DNA of 64,000 nt from an uncultured Bacteroidales bacterium. GTDB taxonomy: Bacteria; Bacteroidota; Bacteroidia; Bacteroidales; WCHB1-69. Position numbers and translations under genes: made by a program. Of the stretch, positions 1-6,415 are shown one piece after another. Under the pieces are notes generated by a model. That model was not told the origin of the DNA, ran no database searches, and saw nothing but the letters and a program-made list of their open reading frames with translations. The first letter of the stretch is position 1; each line of letters opens with the position of its first letter. Location: positions 263 through 64,262 of the forward strand of contig CAMJXE010000008.1 of assembly GCA_946409645.1 (NCBI GenBank), written 5' to 3'.

Positions 1-601
1 GAATCGACGCACCATCAAGCGCAATGCAAAACCGAAATTCAAGAAAATGCTGCAAGAAACACCCTCTATTGGCTCACACCGCCAGAATTGTATGAAGATG
101 AACCTGACTGGCGGCGCCGTATGGTTTGCCATTTATGAAGCTGTGGAGGAATTGTATGGTCGCATGACAGATGACCTCTACAGCCAGATGTGTAACGCCA
201 CATACTCCATCCCATTGATGGTCAGAAAGTTTCGGAACATGCAATTCTTCAGCCCAGAGTTTCAAGAGAAATACGCAAGAAGGATTGACAAGGCAAACAG
301 ATTCAAGTCGGAATACAACTGGACTTCCGACTATGGGATAGGCGCGCCCGATTTCAGCACGATGCGTTTCACCACTTGCGGACTGTGCGCCCTCGCCAAA
401 AGAACCGGGCACATGGACATCCTCCCCATCATGTGCCGCACGGATTACACCGTCGCGAGCATGATTGGCGCCAACCTGCACCGAAACAAGACCTTGGCTA
501 CCGGCGACCCCGTCTGCGATTATCTCTACACCCGACCAGGATCGGAGATTGAAAACCAGTGGCAGGCGGAGCATCCGAAAGGAACGTTCAATTCCAAATA
601 A
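1..601 (+). CDS. ATC-hydrolase-like protein (L-2-amino-thiazoline-4-carboxylate hydrolase family); N-terminus probably outside the window
   Basis: The frame stays open from nt 2 to the TAA at 599-601, so the Met at 47 is only the first in-window Met. The Cys-rich C-terminal signature FTTCGLCALAK..MCRTDY..TLATGDPVCDYLY matches my recollection of this family. No search was run. Confidence 0.55.
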   Translation, partial: NRRTIKRNAKPKFKKMLQETPSIGSHRQNCMKMNLTGGAVWFAIYEAVEELYGRMTDDLYSQMCNATYSIPLMVRKFRNMQFFSPEFQEKYARRIDKANRFKSEYNWTSDYGIGAPDFSTMRFTTCGLCALAKRTGHMDILPIMCRTDYTVASMIGANLHRNKTLATGDPVCDYLYTRPGSEIENQWQAEHPKGTFNSK

Positions 602-603
602 CA

Positions 604-1320
604 ATGATATACAATCTCGGAAACAGAGTCGTCAACAACTATCTCGTCAGTTTGGGCGAGGAGGATGGCTATGTGTTAATTGATACAGGATATGCGGAAA
701 GTTACGGTGCTTTCCGCAAACGATTGAAGAAGAGAGGAGTTTCGCCTAAAGAAATCAAGTACGTCTTTCTCACACATGCTCATGATGACCACGACGGGTT
801 TTTGAACGAGGTGCTGGCTATTACGGATGCGAAGGTTATACTTCATCGCAAAGCCATCGATGGTTTGCTAAAGGGACAGAACTCGTTTGAAGGAGGATGC
901 TCCAGCCGTTTGGCTTGGCTGTTCTGCCAGATATTAGCGCTCTTCGGTAAAGGAGAGCACAAATACCCTCCTCTTAAAGAAGAATACTTCAACAGACTTG
1001 TCACTATTGGGTCTGAAGAGTTCCAATCCCTTTCGCTGCCTTTTGAGGTCATAGAGACACCCGGTCACACCGCCGATCACATCTCAATGCTCAAAGACGG
1101 CATCTTATTCTGTGGCGATGCGACGATGAACAACTTTCCCAGCATCAAGCGCACCATCATTTGGATTGAGAACCTGGAGCAGTACAAGCAGTCGTGGGAG
1201 AAAATGATTGTATTAAATCCGCAGATGATATACCCAGCTCATGGGAAACCGTTTTCGACAAACGACCTGCGGAAGTACCGCCCGTATTTGGATAATATCA
1301 AGCTGTATAAATTAGGATAG
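604..1320 (+). CDS. MBL-fold metallo-hydrolase
   Basis: HxHxDH motif LTHAHDDHDGF, later ETPGHTADH and YPAHG. The ATG at 604 lies 2 nt after the upstream stop; the longer listed start (559) would overlap the upstream gene. Confidence 0.8.
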   Translation: MIYNLGNRVVNNYLVSLGEEDGYVLIDTGYAESYGAFRKRLKKRGVSPKEIKYVFLTHAHDDHDGFLNEVLAITDAKVILHRKAIDGLLKGQNSFEGGCSSRLAWLFCQILALFGKGEHKYPPLKEEYFNRLVTIGSEEFQSLSLPFEVIETPGHTADHISMLKDGILFCGDATMNNFPSIKRTIIWIENLEQYKQSWEKMIVLNPQMIYPAHGKPFSTNDLRKYRPYLDNIKLYKLG

Positions 1321-1421
1321 GAAGTGCAGGGCGGGAGCCATGCACTGTCGCCGTAATATACAACTAATCATAGACCCACGGCAAAGTACATTATCTCAGT
1401 TGCCAAAACACACATTTTCTT

Positions 1422-2051
1422 TCACATATCGAGTGCTTTTTTCACTCGTTGAACGGTAGAGTTGGATACATCACATAACTTCGCCGTCCGCCTGATACTG
1501 GTTCCTTTCTTAAGTTCCTTCACCACTTTCGGGTACTCTGCCCGCAACTGTTCTGCTGATTTCTTTGTCCCTTTCGGTCTCCCCAGCACGCCTCCTTCCG
1601 CTATGTACTTTGCCCTGCCGCTGTTAAGTCGGAATTTGATATTGTCACGCTCCAATTGCGCCGCTGTTCCCAGTACGGCTATCATAATGTTGCTGTAGGG
1701 GTTCTCGGTCCCGTCCTCTTGGAATAGGTATAAGTTCTCCTTCTGAAAAAACAGATTGAGCCGCACCTCCTTACAATGAAGGACATTTTTTAGGACTTCA
1801 TCGCAATTACGCCCAAGGCGGGATAACTCACTGCATAGAATTATATCTATGGAGTTGGATTCTGCGAAGTCCATACACTCCATAAGTACAGGTCGTTCTG
1901 TGTTTTTCTTCGCTCCACTGATATGCTCCTCGAACACCTTCACCACCTCGTAGTTGTTCTTGGTTGCGAAATCGGTCAGGTCAATCACTTGGCGGTCGGT
2001 GCTTTGTCTGTCGGTCGTGCTGGAAACACGGGAGTATATTACGGCTCTCAT
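1422..2051 (-). CDS. Small serine recombinase (resolvase/invertase family)
   Basis: N-terminal catalytic motif AVIYSRVSSTTDRQSTDRQ, core SELSRLGRN, C-terminal HTH GTSIRRTAKLCDVSNSTVQRV. Start set to ATG 2051 (MRAVIY), 19 nt downstream of a TATATTTG box. Confidence 0.85.
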   Translation of the reverse strand: MRAVIYSRVSSTTDRQSTDRQVIDLTDFATKNNYEVVKVFEEHISGAKKNTERPVLMECMDFAESNSIDIILCSELSRLGRNCDEVLKNVLHCKEVRLNLFFQKENLYLFQEDGTENPYSNIMIAVLGTAAQLERDNIKFRLNSGRAKYIAEGGVLGRPKGTKKSAEQLRAEYPKVVKELKKGTSIRRTAKLCDVSNSTVQRVKKALDM

Positions 2052-2070
2052 ACTCTTAGGTTTTACGCCG

Positions 2071-2078
2071 CAAATATA
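2071..2078 (-). promoter_or_regulatory. Bacteroidetes -7 promoter box (TATATTTG) for the recombinase gene
   Basis: Forward CAAATATA. 19 nt upstream of ATG 2051. Confidence 0.5.
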
Positions 2079-2083
2079 CAAAA

Positions 2084-2091
2084 TATATTTG
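2084..2091 (+). promoter_or_regulatory. Orphan -7-like box TATATTTG pointing into the 2092-2276 spacer
   Basis: Forms a perfect inverted repeat with 2071-2078 (5-nt spacer). No annotated plus-strand gene lies downstream. Confidence 0.3.
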
Positions 2092-2276
2092 GTATTATAT
2101 TCTAATAAATCAAAGATTTCTTGCGATACGATTTTAAGGGTGGTGCGCTGCGAGTAAGTAGATTTATCTCAATACGGTTTCGGGTGCAGTACACGTCATA
2201 GTAAAAAAATGACCCGCAAGCAGTTCTTATGGTATGCTAACGGGTACTGTTATGGATGGAATGGTGTTCGGTTAAA

Positions 2277-2762
2277 TCACAAATCCAACATCCCGAATTT
2301 TTGGGTATAAGGAATATGAATGTCAGTGAAATCAAACGAGACTTTTTCGTTTTCCTTCAGAATGTCGTACATCCGTTTGCTTGCCGTGTCGGAGGTCAGG
2401 TAATATGAGGCGGATTCACATTGCGCCTGCACGAGAAGTTTGACATCGTTTTGAATGATAATACGGGCATCCACCTCCAATACACCCTTTGATTTCGCCT
2501 CATATAGTATTTTCGCACCTTCACCCGACATGCTGGCGTGATATGCGTTGAAAGGGGAGAGAAGGATGTTTCGGAGCGGAAGGTTTAGTATGCTGTCCTT
2601 CACACAGAATTCGGCAACGGCAATAGTACTCATCCGAATAATATAATCGTGTTCCAAAAAGTATTGGAAATAGCCGAGCGCATTGTTATGCAGGTCATTG
2701 GTTTCGTCAAGCAGGCGAATTACAAACCCCGTGTCACAAAAAACTATTTTGTCATCCTTCAT
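2277..2762 (-). CDS. PIN-domain (VapC-like) ribonuclease
   Basis: Four acidic residues in canonical PIN order: D10 (VFCDTGF), E51 (AVAEF), D106 (IQNDV), D125 (LTSDT). The ATG overlaps the upstream gene by 11 nt. Confidence 0.75.
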   Translation of the reverse strand: MKDDKIVFCDTGFVIRLLDETNDLHNNALGYFQYFLEHDYIIRMSTIAVAEFCVKDSILNLPLRNILLSPFNAYHASMSGEGAKILYEAKSKGVLEVDARIIIQNDVKLLVQAQCESASYYLTSDTASKRMYDILKENEKVSFDFTDIHIPYTQKFGMLDL

Positions 2763-3534
2763 AGTTTCCTCCTCTTATTTCGTACAAGTATTCGTCCACA
2801 TCCACACCCGACCATATCGGCGTAGAAGCCTCAATCTTTTGTTTCAAGTAGTCCATATCAAATTTCGGTTCAAACTCAATCAGTTCCTTCAACTTAAGGG
2901 AGGAACTGTCAATCGCACCCGTGATGATGTTTTGCTTTGCGACAGCCACAACCCCATACTTTCTGTATAATGGGTTGCCTGGATAATTTGCAAGATATTC
3001 CTTGTCGGCATCTATTTTCACCGCACCGTCCTTGGTGTCCAAATGTATGTTGGACTTGTTTTTGCCTCCTGCATCAATGAGTGTGCCGTAATAATAGACC
3101 TCGGCATCCACCCATACGCTTTCAGTGCGTCGAAGTTCTGTCTCGGGAGTGATTCTTAATACCGAATGTTCATTTTCAGAGGAGTGTATGCCTAACGAAA
3201 GGTTGTTTTGGACGGCAAACCGCTGAAAATTCTCAAAAGCAACCGCCGTTTTGGGTTCAAGTGCGTCCAATGGGCTTGCCGTTGACAACATCAGTGTGAG
3301 AATGGAAGCGAATTCAACCGCCTTTTGTTTACTGACGGTGAAAACATTCTTCACAGATCCGTTCTCAACGTGAAAGGTGGCGATAGGGCGGTCTTTTTTC
3401 TTGTCAAGGTCAAGCATAGCGGAAGCATACTCCAACACATCACGCATAAGTGTTATGTCGTAATTGTCGGGAGTGAGCGGCTCTGCACCATACTTGCCGT
3501 CTATGTGTATAATAACCTGCCCTTGGTTTTGCAT
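2752..3534 (-). CDS. Hypothetical 261-aa protein, upstream partner of the PIN gene (possible atypical antitoxin or sensor)
   Basis: Long uninterrupted ORF. The listed start at 3576 is a TTG inside the promoter. The first ATG (3534, MQNQGQV) lies 22 nt downstream of a TATTTTTG box. Its stop overlaps the PIN start. I recognise no family motif. Confidence 0.6.
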   Translation of the reverse strand: MQNQGQVIIHIDGKYGAEPLTPDNYDITLMRDVLEYASAMLDLDKKKDRPIATFHVENGSVKNVFTVSKQKAVEFASILTLMLSTASPLDALEPKTAVAFENFQRFAVQNNLSLGIHSSENEHSVLRITPETELRRTESVWVDAEVYYYGTLIDAGGKNKSNIHLDTKDGAVKIDADKEYLANYPGNPLYRKYGVVAVAKQNIITGAIDSSSLKLKELIEFEPKFDMDYLKQKIEASTPIWSGVDVDEYLYEIRGGNYEG

Positions 3535-3556
3535 TCCATATTGTTTTTTCAGAATG

Positions 3557-3564
3557 CAAAAATA
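3557..3564 (-). promoter_or_regulatory. -7 box (TATTTTTG) for the 261-aa/PIN operon
   Basis: Forward CAAAAATA. 22 nt upstream of ATG 3534. A second box, CAAATATA, lies at 3574-3581. Confidence 0.55.
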
Positions 3565-3809
3565 CAACTTTTCCAAATATAAGAATGGGCTGCTATGATT
3601 TTTTTTCTGCTGTCAACCTGAAGGTTTGCATTTTAGGGAGCAATCATCAGCAGTAATCGTCGATAGAGTCGCCACCTGTCCATTCAAGTCCCTGCTTCAA
3701 TGTATATTGTTTCCTTGCACCTTGCTCTGTGAAGAAGGAGCCGAGGTTTGTGTGCAAGAATCCATCCGCTTTGGTAATGTTTGTCTCAATTCTGTCTCAG
3801 TTTTAACGC

Positions 3810-3847
3810 AAAAATCAGCAAACTACGTCCGTAATTTGCTGATTTTT
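3810..3847 (-). terminator. Hairpin terminator downstream of the tRNA-Leu/tRNA-Gly operon
   Basis: 13-bp stem AAAAATCAGCAAA / TTTGCTGATTTTT with a 12-nt loop. A/T runs on both sides, so it could act bidirectionally. Confidence 0.6.
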
Positions 3848-3866
3848 ATTGTTTTGTAAGACTTTG

Positions 3867-3939
3867 AGCGGAAAACGAGACTCGAACTCGCGACCCCAAC
3901 CTTGGCAAGGTTGTGCTCTACCAACTGAGCTACTTCCGC
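3867..3939 (-). tRNA. tRNA-Gly (anticodon GCC)
   Basis: The reverse complement GCGGAAGTAGCTCAGTTGGTAGAGCACAACCTTGCCAAGGTTGGGGTCGCGAGTTCGAGTCTCGTTTTCCGCT folds by hand into a cloverleaf. Anticodon loop is TTGCCAA and T-loop is TTCGAGT. Confidence 0.9.
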
Positions 3940-3945
3940 TTATCG

Positions 3946-4029
3946 TACCACGGGTGGGACTTGAACCCACACGCCCGCAATGGGCAAGGGATTTTAAGTC
4001 CCTCGTGTCTACCATTCCACCACCATGGC
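3946..4029 (-). tRNA. tRNA-Leu (anticodon TAA), long variable arm
   Basis: Reverse complement GCCATGGTGGTGGAATGGTAGACACGAGGGACTTAAAATCCCTTGCCCATTGCGGGCGTGTGGGTTCAAGTCCCACCCGTGGTA. Anticodon loop is CTTAAAA, T arm is GTGGG-TTCAAGT-CCCAC. Length 84 nt. Confidence 0.85.
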
Positions 4030-4070
4030 AGCACATTTTCCAATGAACGGGTCATCCGAAAATGACGGTG

Positions 4071-4078
4071 CAAAAATA
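4071..4078 (-). promoter_or_regulatory. -7 box (TATTTTTG) for the tRNA-Leu/tRNA-Gly operon
   Basis: Forward GTGCAAAAATACAC. 41 nt upstream of the tRNA-Leu 5' end. Confidence 0.55.
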
Positions 4079-4122
4079 CACTTTTTTCTTTATCCCCGTC
4101 ACTCTTGTTGAAAAAAAAATAT

Positions 4123-4842
4123 CTACCTGTTAATCAGATATATGCATGGAATCTTACCCAACTGACGCTCCTCCCGCTCGAAATATTTCCGCCATTTCGA
4201 CACCGATTGCGTCTTCAACAGCGCATTCTCTCCCGTCAGATTCGCCGCAATGCACACCCGCGTGGCCGGCTGCAACACGTTGCAGATCGAAGCTGTCATC
4301 CGGTTGTTCCGGTACGGCGTCTCGATGAACATCTGCGTCTGACCCGTCTTCACCGCCACCGCCTCAATCTCACGCAACCGCTTCTCCCGGTCATACTGCT
4401 CCGACGGCAGATAACCGTGAAACGTGAAGTTCTGCCCGTTCATGCCGCTGCCCATCAACGCGAGAATCAGCGAACTGGGACCAATCAACGGCACCACCTC
4501 GATGCCCAACTGGTGCGCCTTCTCCACCGCCTTGTGCCCCGGATCCGCCACACACGGCACACCAGCCTCCGACATCACCCCCACATTCTTCCCCTCCAGA
4601 CAGGGCTGCAGAAAGTCGTTCAGCTCCACTCCCTGCGTGTGCTCGTTCAGCTCGAAAAAGGTCAGCTCGTCAATACGCTTCTTGATCCCCGCATAACGCA
4701 GGAAACGCCGTGCCGTCCGCAACGCCTCCACAATGTAATAGTCCGTCTCGTTAATCGCATCCGCGTTCACCGACGGGAAGAAGGTTCCAAACGCGCCCTC
4801 CGCAATGGGAGTGGGAATGAGGTATAGTTTGCCGTATGTCAT
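4123..4842 (-). CDS. SAM-dependent methyltransferase, tetrapyrrole-methylase superfamily (RsmI-like)
   Basis: KLYLIPTPIAEG N-terminus and VGVMSEAGVPCVADPG motif, as in RsmI/YraL-type methylases. ATG at 4842. Confidence 0.75.
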   Translation of the reverse strand: MTYGKLYLIPTPIAEGAFGTFFPSVNADAINETDYYIVEALRTARRFLRYAGIKKRIDELTFFELNEHTQGVELNDFLQPCLEGKNVGVMSEAGVPCVADPGHKAVEKAHQLGIEVVPLIGPSSLILALMGSGMNGQNFTFHGYLPSEQYDREKRLREIEAVAVKTGQTQMFIETPYRNNRMTASICNVLQPATRVCIAANLTGENALLKTQSVSKWRKYFEREERQLGKIPCIYLINR

Positions 4843-4845
4843 AAT

Positions 4846-4894
4846 GGTTATAGGTTATTGACGTTTAGAGTTTATGGGTTATAGATTATAATGT
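4846..4894. repeat. Degenerate heptad array (7 units)
   Basis: GGTTATA GGTTATT GACGTTT AGAGTTT ATGGGTT ATAGATT ATAATGT. On the minus strand this reads nnTAAAC-type units ending at the start codon at 4842. Confidence 0.8.
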
Positions 4895-4989
4895 CAAAAT
4901 GGTGTAGAGATGTTATCGCGTCTCTCCGTCACATTAAGGCATCTCTACATCATATTATATGTCTGAATTAGATTTTCATATTCAGACCG

Positions 4990-4997
4990 CAAAAATA
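4990..4997 (-). promoter_or_regulatory. Candidate -7 box for the methyltransferase gene (long leader)
   Basis: Forward CGCAAAAATAAT. 147 nt upstream of ATG 4842. This is the only consensus box in the divergent spacer on this strand. Confidence 0.3.
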
Positions 4998-5106
4998 ATA
5001 TTTTTTCAGCCATCTTCTTCCTATGGCTCTACATTCCACAATCTCCCCTATTCTCTTTTTCCTTTTTTTCTATTGGCTATTGTCATTTGCCTATTCCAAA
5101 AAAATG

Positions 5107-5114
5107 TACTTTTG
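5107..5114 (+). promoter_or_regulatory. -7 box (TACTTTTG) for the cytidylate kinase-like gene
   Basis: AAAAATGTACTTTTGCACC. 44 nt upstream of ATG 5159. Confidence 0.55.
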
Positions 5115-5126
5115 CACCATCATTCT

Positions 5127-5156
5127 AAAATCAAAAGTCATAAATCAAAAGTCATA
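5127..5156 (+). repeat. Tandem duplication of about 14 nt in a 5' leader
   Basis: AAAATCAAAAGTCAT AAATCAAAAGTCATA, immediately before ATG 5159. Confidence 0.85.
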
Positions 5157-5158
5157 AT

Positions 5159-5794
5159 ATGAACAACCGAAAATACATCATCACCATCAACCGCGAAGCG
5201 GGAACTGGCGGTCACGAAATCGCCGAGAAAGTCAGCGAAATGCTCAACATCAAGCTCTATGACAAGACTTTCCTCGCTCATATCCTGGAAAAATTCAAAC
5301 TCACGCCAGAAGAAGCGGAGAAGATCAAAGCCTCAAAACCTAACTGGTGGTCGGAGTTCTGCCGTTTCTACAAACAATTCGGCACCACCGCCGCCATCGC
5401 ATACGAGAACTTCGAGGTGAACTCCCAGCAGCTCTACTACGCCGAGGCCAAAGTCCTGCGCGAACTCGCCGAACACGAGTCCTGCATTATCGTCGGACGC
5501 ACTGGCTTCCACGTCTTCAAAGACACCCCCGACACCATCCGGATCTTCTTCATCGCCGATATGGAACATCGGGTTGAACGCATGATGAAAAAGAGAAATC
5601 TGGACGAAAAAGAAGCGCGTGAAAAAATCAAGGAGCTCGACGAAGCCCGCGAAAACTTCACGAAAACCTTCGCAAATGTCTCCCGTTACGACGCCCGCAA
5701 CTACGACCTCGTGATCAACGTCACCCCATTCACCACAGACCAAGTGGCCCAGTTCATCGTTGAAAACCTAAAGAAGAAATACCCGGAACCGTAG
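5159..5794 (+). CDS. Cytidylate kinase-like family protein
   Basis: N-terminal P-loop-like INREAGTGGHEIAEKVSEMLNIKLYDK is typical of the Bacteroidetes cytidylate-kinase-like family. ATG lies 44 nt after a TACTTTTG box. Confidence 0.7.
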   Translation: MNNRKYIITINREAGTGGHEIAEKVSEMLNIKLYDKTFLAHILEKFKLTPEEAEKIKASKPNWWSEFCRFYKQFGTTAAIAYENFEVNSQQLYYAEAKVLRELAEHESCIIVGRTGFHVFKDTPDTIRIFFIADMEHRVERMMKKRNLDEKEAREKIKELDEARENFTKTFANVSRYDARNYDLVINVTPFTTDQVAQFIVENLKKKYPEP

Positions 5795-5821
5795 AAGAGT
5801 CTCGGAATTAAAATTTTCTGT

Positions 5822-6415
5822 ATGAAGCCCACGGAAACCGAAATCCTGCTACTTCGCGAAATGGTGGAAGAGTCCGTCGCGCGCAAAATGAAGGCCCCTG
5901 CCGATTTCCAATTCCTCACTGGCGTTATCCAAGAGCGTTGCAAGGAGACCTTGGGGGTGACCACCCTCAAGCGCATCTGGGGCTACATTGACGGCTACAA
6001 CACCACCCGCTACTCCACCCTCTCGGTCCTCGCCCGTTTCGTGGGCTACCGCGACTGGGACGACTTCCTGACCAACTACGACCTCACGGGAGAATCCTCA
6101 AACCCGGTGCTCGGCCGTGCCTTGCATCCCGACGAGATCCCTGAGGCGGGTCTCGTGCGCATCGCGTGGTCCCCGGACCGCCGCGTGCTGCTGCGACACC
6201 TCGGCGAAAGAAGCTTCATGGTGGAGGAGAGCGAAAATTCCAAGCTCAAGCCCGGCGATTCCTTTTCGTGTTCCTGCTTCATCCTCGGGGAGCCGCTCTA
6301 CCTCGACAATTTCGTGCACGGCAACAACCCTCCCACCCTCTTCGTGGTCGGCAACAAAGCCGGACTGACTGTGCTCATCCGAAAAAAGACAGGATTATTC
6401 CACCAGCAGAAATAG
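5822..6415 (+). CDS. Hypothetical protein (possible N-terminal HTH-like domain)
   Basis: Clean ORF 27 nt after the upstream stop. I recognise no catalytic motif. Its 3' end overlaps the convergent kinase gene by 21 nt. Confidence 0.5.
   Translation: MKPTETEILLLREMVEESVARKMKAPADFQFLTGVIQERCKETLGVTTLKRIWGYIDGYNTTRYSTLSVLARFVGYRDWDDFLTNYDLTGESSNPVLGRALHPDEIPEAGLVRIAWSPDRRVLLRHLGERSFMVEESENSKLKPGDSFSCSCFILGEPLYLDNFVHGNNPPTLFVVGNKAGLTVLIRKKTGLFHQQK

Noticed and set aside
559-603. Longer N-terminus for the MBL hydrolase (listed start at 559)
   Set aside because: It would overlap the upstream gene by 43 nt in another frame. The ATG at 604 directly follows the upstream stop and precedes the conserved fold.
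3640-3795. Minus-strand reading frame ..IETNITKADGFLHTNLGSFFTEQGARKQYTLKQGLEWTGGDSIDDYC* as a gene remnant
   Set aside because: It has fewer than 50 codons, no ATG, and no motif I can assign. It is too short to separate from chance.
3867-4029. tRNA genes as the attachment site of an integrated element
   Set aside because: There is no second copy of either tRNA 3' half in the window. The only recombinase present is a small resolvase/invertase-type serine recombinase, not a tRNA-targeting integrase. I keep it only as context in a finding.
4105-4827. 240-aa plus-strand ORF
   Set aside because: It is fully antisense to the well-supported methyltransferase gene. Its Arg/His/Leu/Gln-rich junk-like composition is typical of the mirror frame of a GC-rich gene. 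It has no promoter box or sensible start context.
4959-5162. 67-aa plus-strand ORF in the divergent spacer
   Set aside because: It runs through the promoter box and leader repeat of the 5159 gene. It has a hydrophobic low-complexity sequence and no support.
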